From a bacterium (GTDB lineage: Bacteria; Babelota; Babeliae; Babelales; RVW-14), in assembly GCA_016699045.1 (NCBI GenBank), contig CP064957.1, forward strand, positions 33,613 through 65,612: a stretch of DNA of 32,000 bases, read 5' to 3'. Within the stretch, counting starts at the first letter, position 1. Each line of letters opens with the position of its first letter. This document shows, piece after piece, positions 30,189 through 32,000 of the stretch. The translations under genes and the position numbers were made by a program. The notes below the pieces were generated by a model. That model was not told the DNA's origin, ran no database searches, and saw only the letters and a list, made by a program, of their open reading frames with translations.

Positions 30189-31166
30189 ATGGTAGTTAAA
30201 AAAATGCTGTTTTATATGGTTTTTGCGTTGCTGAGTGCTCAAGCAACTGATGCAATGGTTGGTGAGCCACCAGCAAAGCGCCGACGCATTGATCCAGAAG
30301 CAAGCTCTTTTTGCTCATCTCAAGCGATTGATTTGACCAAAGAGGGTGACATTATTGAATATCAGTGTTTACAACAAAATAAACCTAATGCTAAAAGTTT
30401 TAATAAAAATAAACGTGTTCCTCACGCGCTTTATTGTGGTTATTATGCACTATTTTTTGCGCGTGCTTTTATTGAAGAAACTGCGGAGTTATTGCCTGAG
30501 GTTGTTAATGATCTTGGACGCTTGCGTGCTACTATTAAACCGTGGGAAAAACATTTAAAATATAAAAGTAATTTAAGAACCGATGATTTTGACGGAACAT
30601 GTGACGATACGGAAAGTGGTTTGCTTAATAAGTTTAAGCTTAATGAGGGCATTATTGTTATTGATTCTCTTGATGTACTTGAAGGATGGTTGCGAGGCCG
30701 TGGTCAGTATTTAACGCGTGAAATAATTGATCAGCGTAAGCGATTTGAGTCTGGCGAAAAAGTTGCGTTTGTAGTTAACACCGGCGGGCATTGGGTTGCT
30801 TTTGGCGTACGAGCCGTTGATGGTATGTTCAATATTTTTCGATTTGATTCGTTAAAAAATCTTGATTTAAATCAAGAGCGTGCAGGGCGTTGGTTGTGTC
30901 TCTTTCTTGAAAAATTTACCAGCGAACAGTTAGCAGATATGCTGCTGGTTGGCAGTCGTTTAGCATATATTGCTAATCATTCTGAAAATGTAAGAGCGGA
31001 TTTGCGTACTTATTTTAATGCCATTCAATCAAAGCGGCCAATGTCTCATGAGCGTTTTATTGAGCTTGTAGAGCCTTATGGCTTTGCTCGGGATGTTCTT
31101 TCGACGTTGTTTGAATTAGAGAAAGTAGCGCCGGCAAGTTCGTTCAACTTTTGTGGAATTTTATAA
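30189..31166 (+). CDS. Secreted candidate effector: NLS-like motif plus a papain-fold Cys/His/Asp peptidase-like domain, possibly a Josephin-like deubiquitinase
   Basis: Signal peptide MLFYMVFALLSAQATDA, then PPAKRRRIDP. A candidate nucleophile sits in PHALYCGYYALFFA (C83), followed by NTGGHWVAFGVRAVDGMFNIFRFDSL (H201, N215/D220). This resembles the Josephin block EHWFTVRKLGKQWFNLNSL. Confidence 0.45.
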   Translation: MVVKKMLFYMVFALLSAQATDAMVGEPPAKRRRIDPEASSFCSSQAIDLTKEGDIIEYQCLQQNKPNAKSFNKNKRVPHALYCGYYALFFARAFIEETAELLPEVVNDLGRLRATIKPWEKHLKYKSNLRTDDFDGTCDDTESGLLNKFKLNEGIIVIDSLDVLEGWLRGRGQYLTREIIDQRKRFESGEKVAFVVNTGGHWVAFGVRAVDGMFNIFRFDSLKNLDLNQERAGRWLCLFLEKFTSEQLADMLLVGSRLAYIANHSENVRADLRTYFNAIQSKRPMSHERFIELVEPYGFARDVLSTLFELEKVAPASSFNFCGIL

Positions 31167-31247
31167 TTGTACAAAAAACTTATGAGTTAAGTAATTTGAA
31201 CTAAATAAGTACGGTGTATTAATAAAATTTTTTTAGATTCTTAGAAA

Positions 31248-31278
31248 AGCGTCATCAGAACATGGTGGCGCTTTTTTT
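31248..31278 (+). terminator. Rho-independent terminator of the 30189..31166 gene
   Basis: AGCGTCATC...GGTGGCGCT forms a 9-bp stem including two G-U pairs, followed by TTTTTTT. Confidence 0.65.
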
Positions 31279-31407
31279 ATAGTAAGTGGTATGTGTAAGA
31301 TTCGATTGTTTTCCCCATTTATTTTTCCTTTCTTGTTTGAACATTTTTTATTGAGCTAGAATAGAAAGAAAAATATCAGTAGTCGTTACGCATAAAGGGA
31401 GAGAGTA

Positions 31408-31941
31408 ATGCAAAATAATTTGCCAGATCTATGGTCAAATGAAAATCTTCGTAATGTTATGTTAAAGTTGCCGCATAAAATATTACACAATCGAGAAGTG
31501 TCTGGTCTTGCTCAAATTATTTTACATGAGCTTGGGCCCCATTTAGGTTTTAAGCGCGCAATGTATCTCATCGACAACCCAGATTTTTCCTGCCTAAAAG
31601 GAGTTGCTGGCTTTTGTCAAAATGAGTGTAAGTATCATCAACAAGATTTGTGGCAAAATCCGCATGCGTTTGGTGTTGATATGGAGCAGGCTGCTTTTCA
31701 TGATCAAATTCAAAAATTTTATCACGATAATGTTGTTCGCAAAGATGGTACCTGCTGTCCTGAAGCGCTTGCTGAGTTGGGAAAAAAAGTTGGCCTTACC
31801 AATCCTCACGTTTTTACGTGGCCAATGCGGCATGATAATACGGGTATTTTATTGTATGATCCTGAGGAAGCGGGTGTTTGTAAAAATCATCCAGAAGTAC
31901 TTGATCATGCAAGTGCCTTGTTAGGCTTGTGCTCGGTTTAA
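31408..31941 (+). CDS. Hypothetical Cys/His-rich protein, possibly GAF-like fold
   Basis: A 177-aa ORF with AAGGGAGAGAG upstream. I recognised no confident motif. Scattered Cys and His residues include CLKGVAGFCQNECKYH, GTCCPE and GVCKNH. Confidence 0.55.
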   Translation: MQNNLPDLWSNENLRNVMLKLPHKILHNREVSGLAQIILHELGPHLGFKRAMYLIDNPDFSCLKGVAGFCQNECKYHQQDLWQNPHAFGVDMEQAAFHDQIQKFYHDNVVRKDGTCCPEALAELGKKVGLTNPHVFTWPMRHDNTGILLYDPEEAGVCKNHPEVLDHASALLGLCSV

Positions 31942-32000
31942 GATTATAAATAACGAATAATCGTTTTTTCTCGATATAGTATTGTTTTTTCTGTCGTGAG

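Overview
Moderate-GC segment from a diderm (outer-membrane-bearing) bacterium, probably host-associated; I cannot assign a taxon from the sequence alone. Housekeeping genes sit at both ends: fabG(partial)-acpP-fabF on the left and uppP, ftsK, murF on the right. Between them lies about 21 kb of accessory DNA with five notable contents. (1) Signal-peptide proteins with internal tandem repeats: two paralogs with EF-hand/dockerin-like Ca-binding loops and a conserved C-terminal Cys-x11-Cys tail, a (Pro-Ala)n protein encoded by a long hexanucleotide repeat, and a very Lys/Arg-rich protein. (2) A secreted prolyl 4-hydroxylase. (3) Three paralogous outer-membrane beta-barrel genes. (4) Four nucleotidyltransferase/HEPN-type toxin-antitoxin pairs; in one pair both partners have lost their catalytic motifs. 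(5) A DUF4143 AAA ATPase plus a truncated copy, and a small GIY-YIG nuclease. A family of GC-rich palindromic repeats is scattered through the AT-rich intergenic DNA. A nest of about 0.83 kb of these repeats sits in frame inside uppP and roughly doubles the size of the protein. At the right end is a signal-peptide protein with an NLS-like PAKRRRID motif and a Cys...His-Trp...Asp/Asn arrangement resembling papain-fold (Josephin-like) deubiquitinases. I recognised no rRNA, tRNA or CRISPR array. Every functional call rests on motifs read by eye and needs profile or structure searches to confirm.
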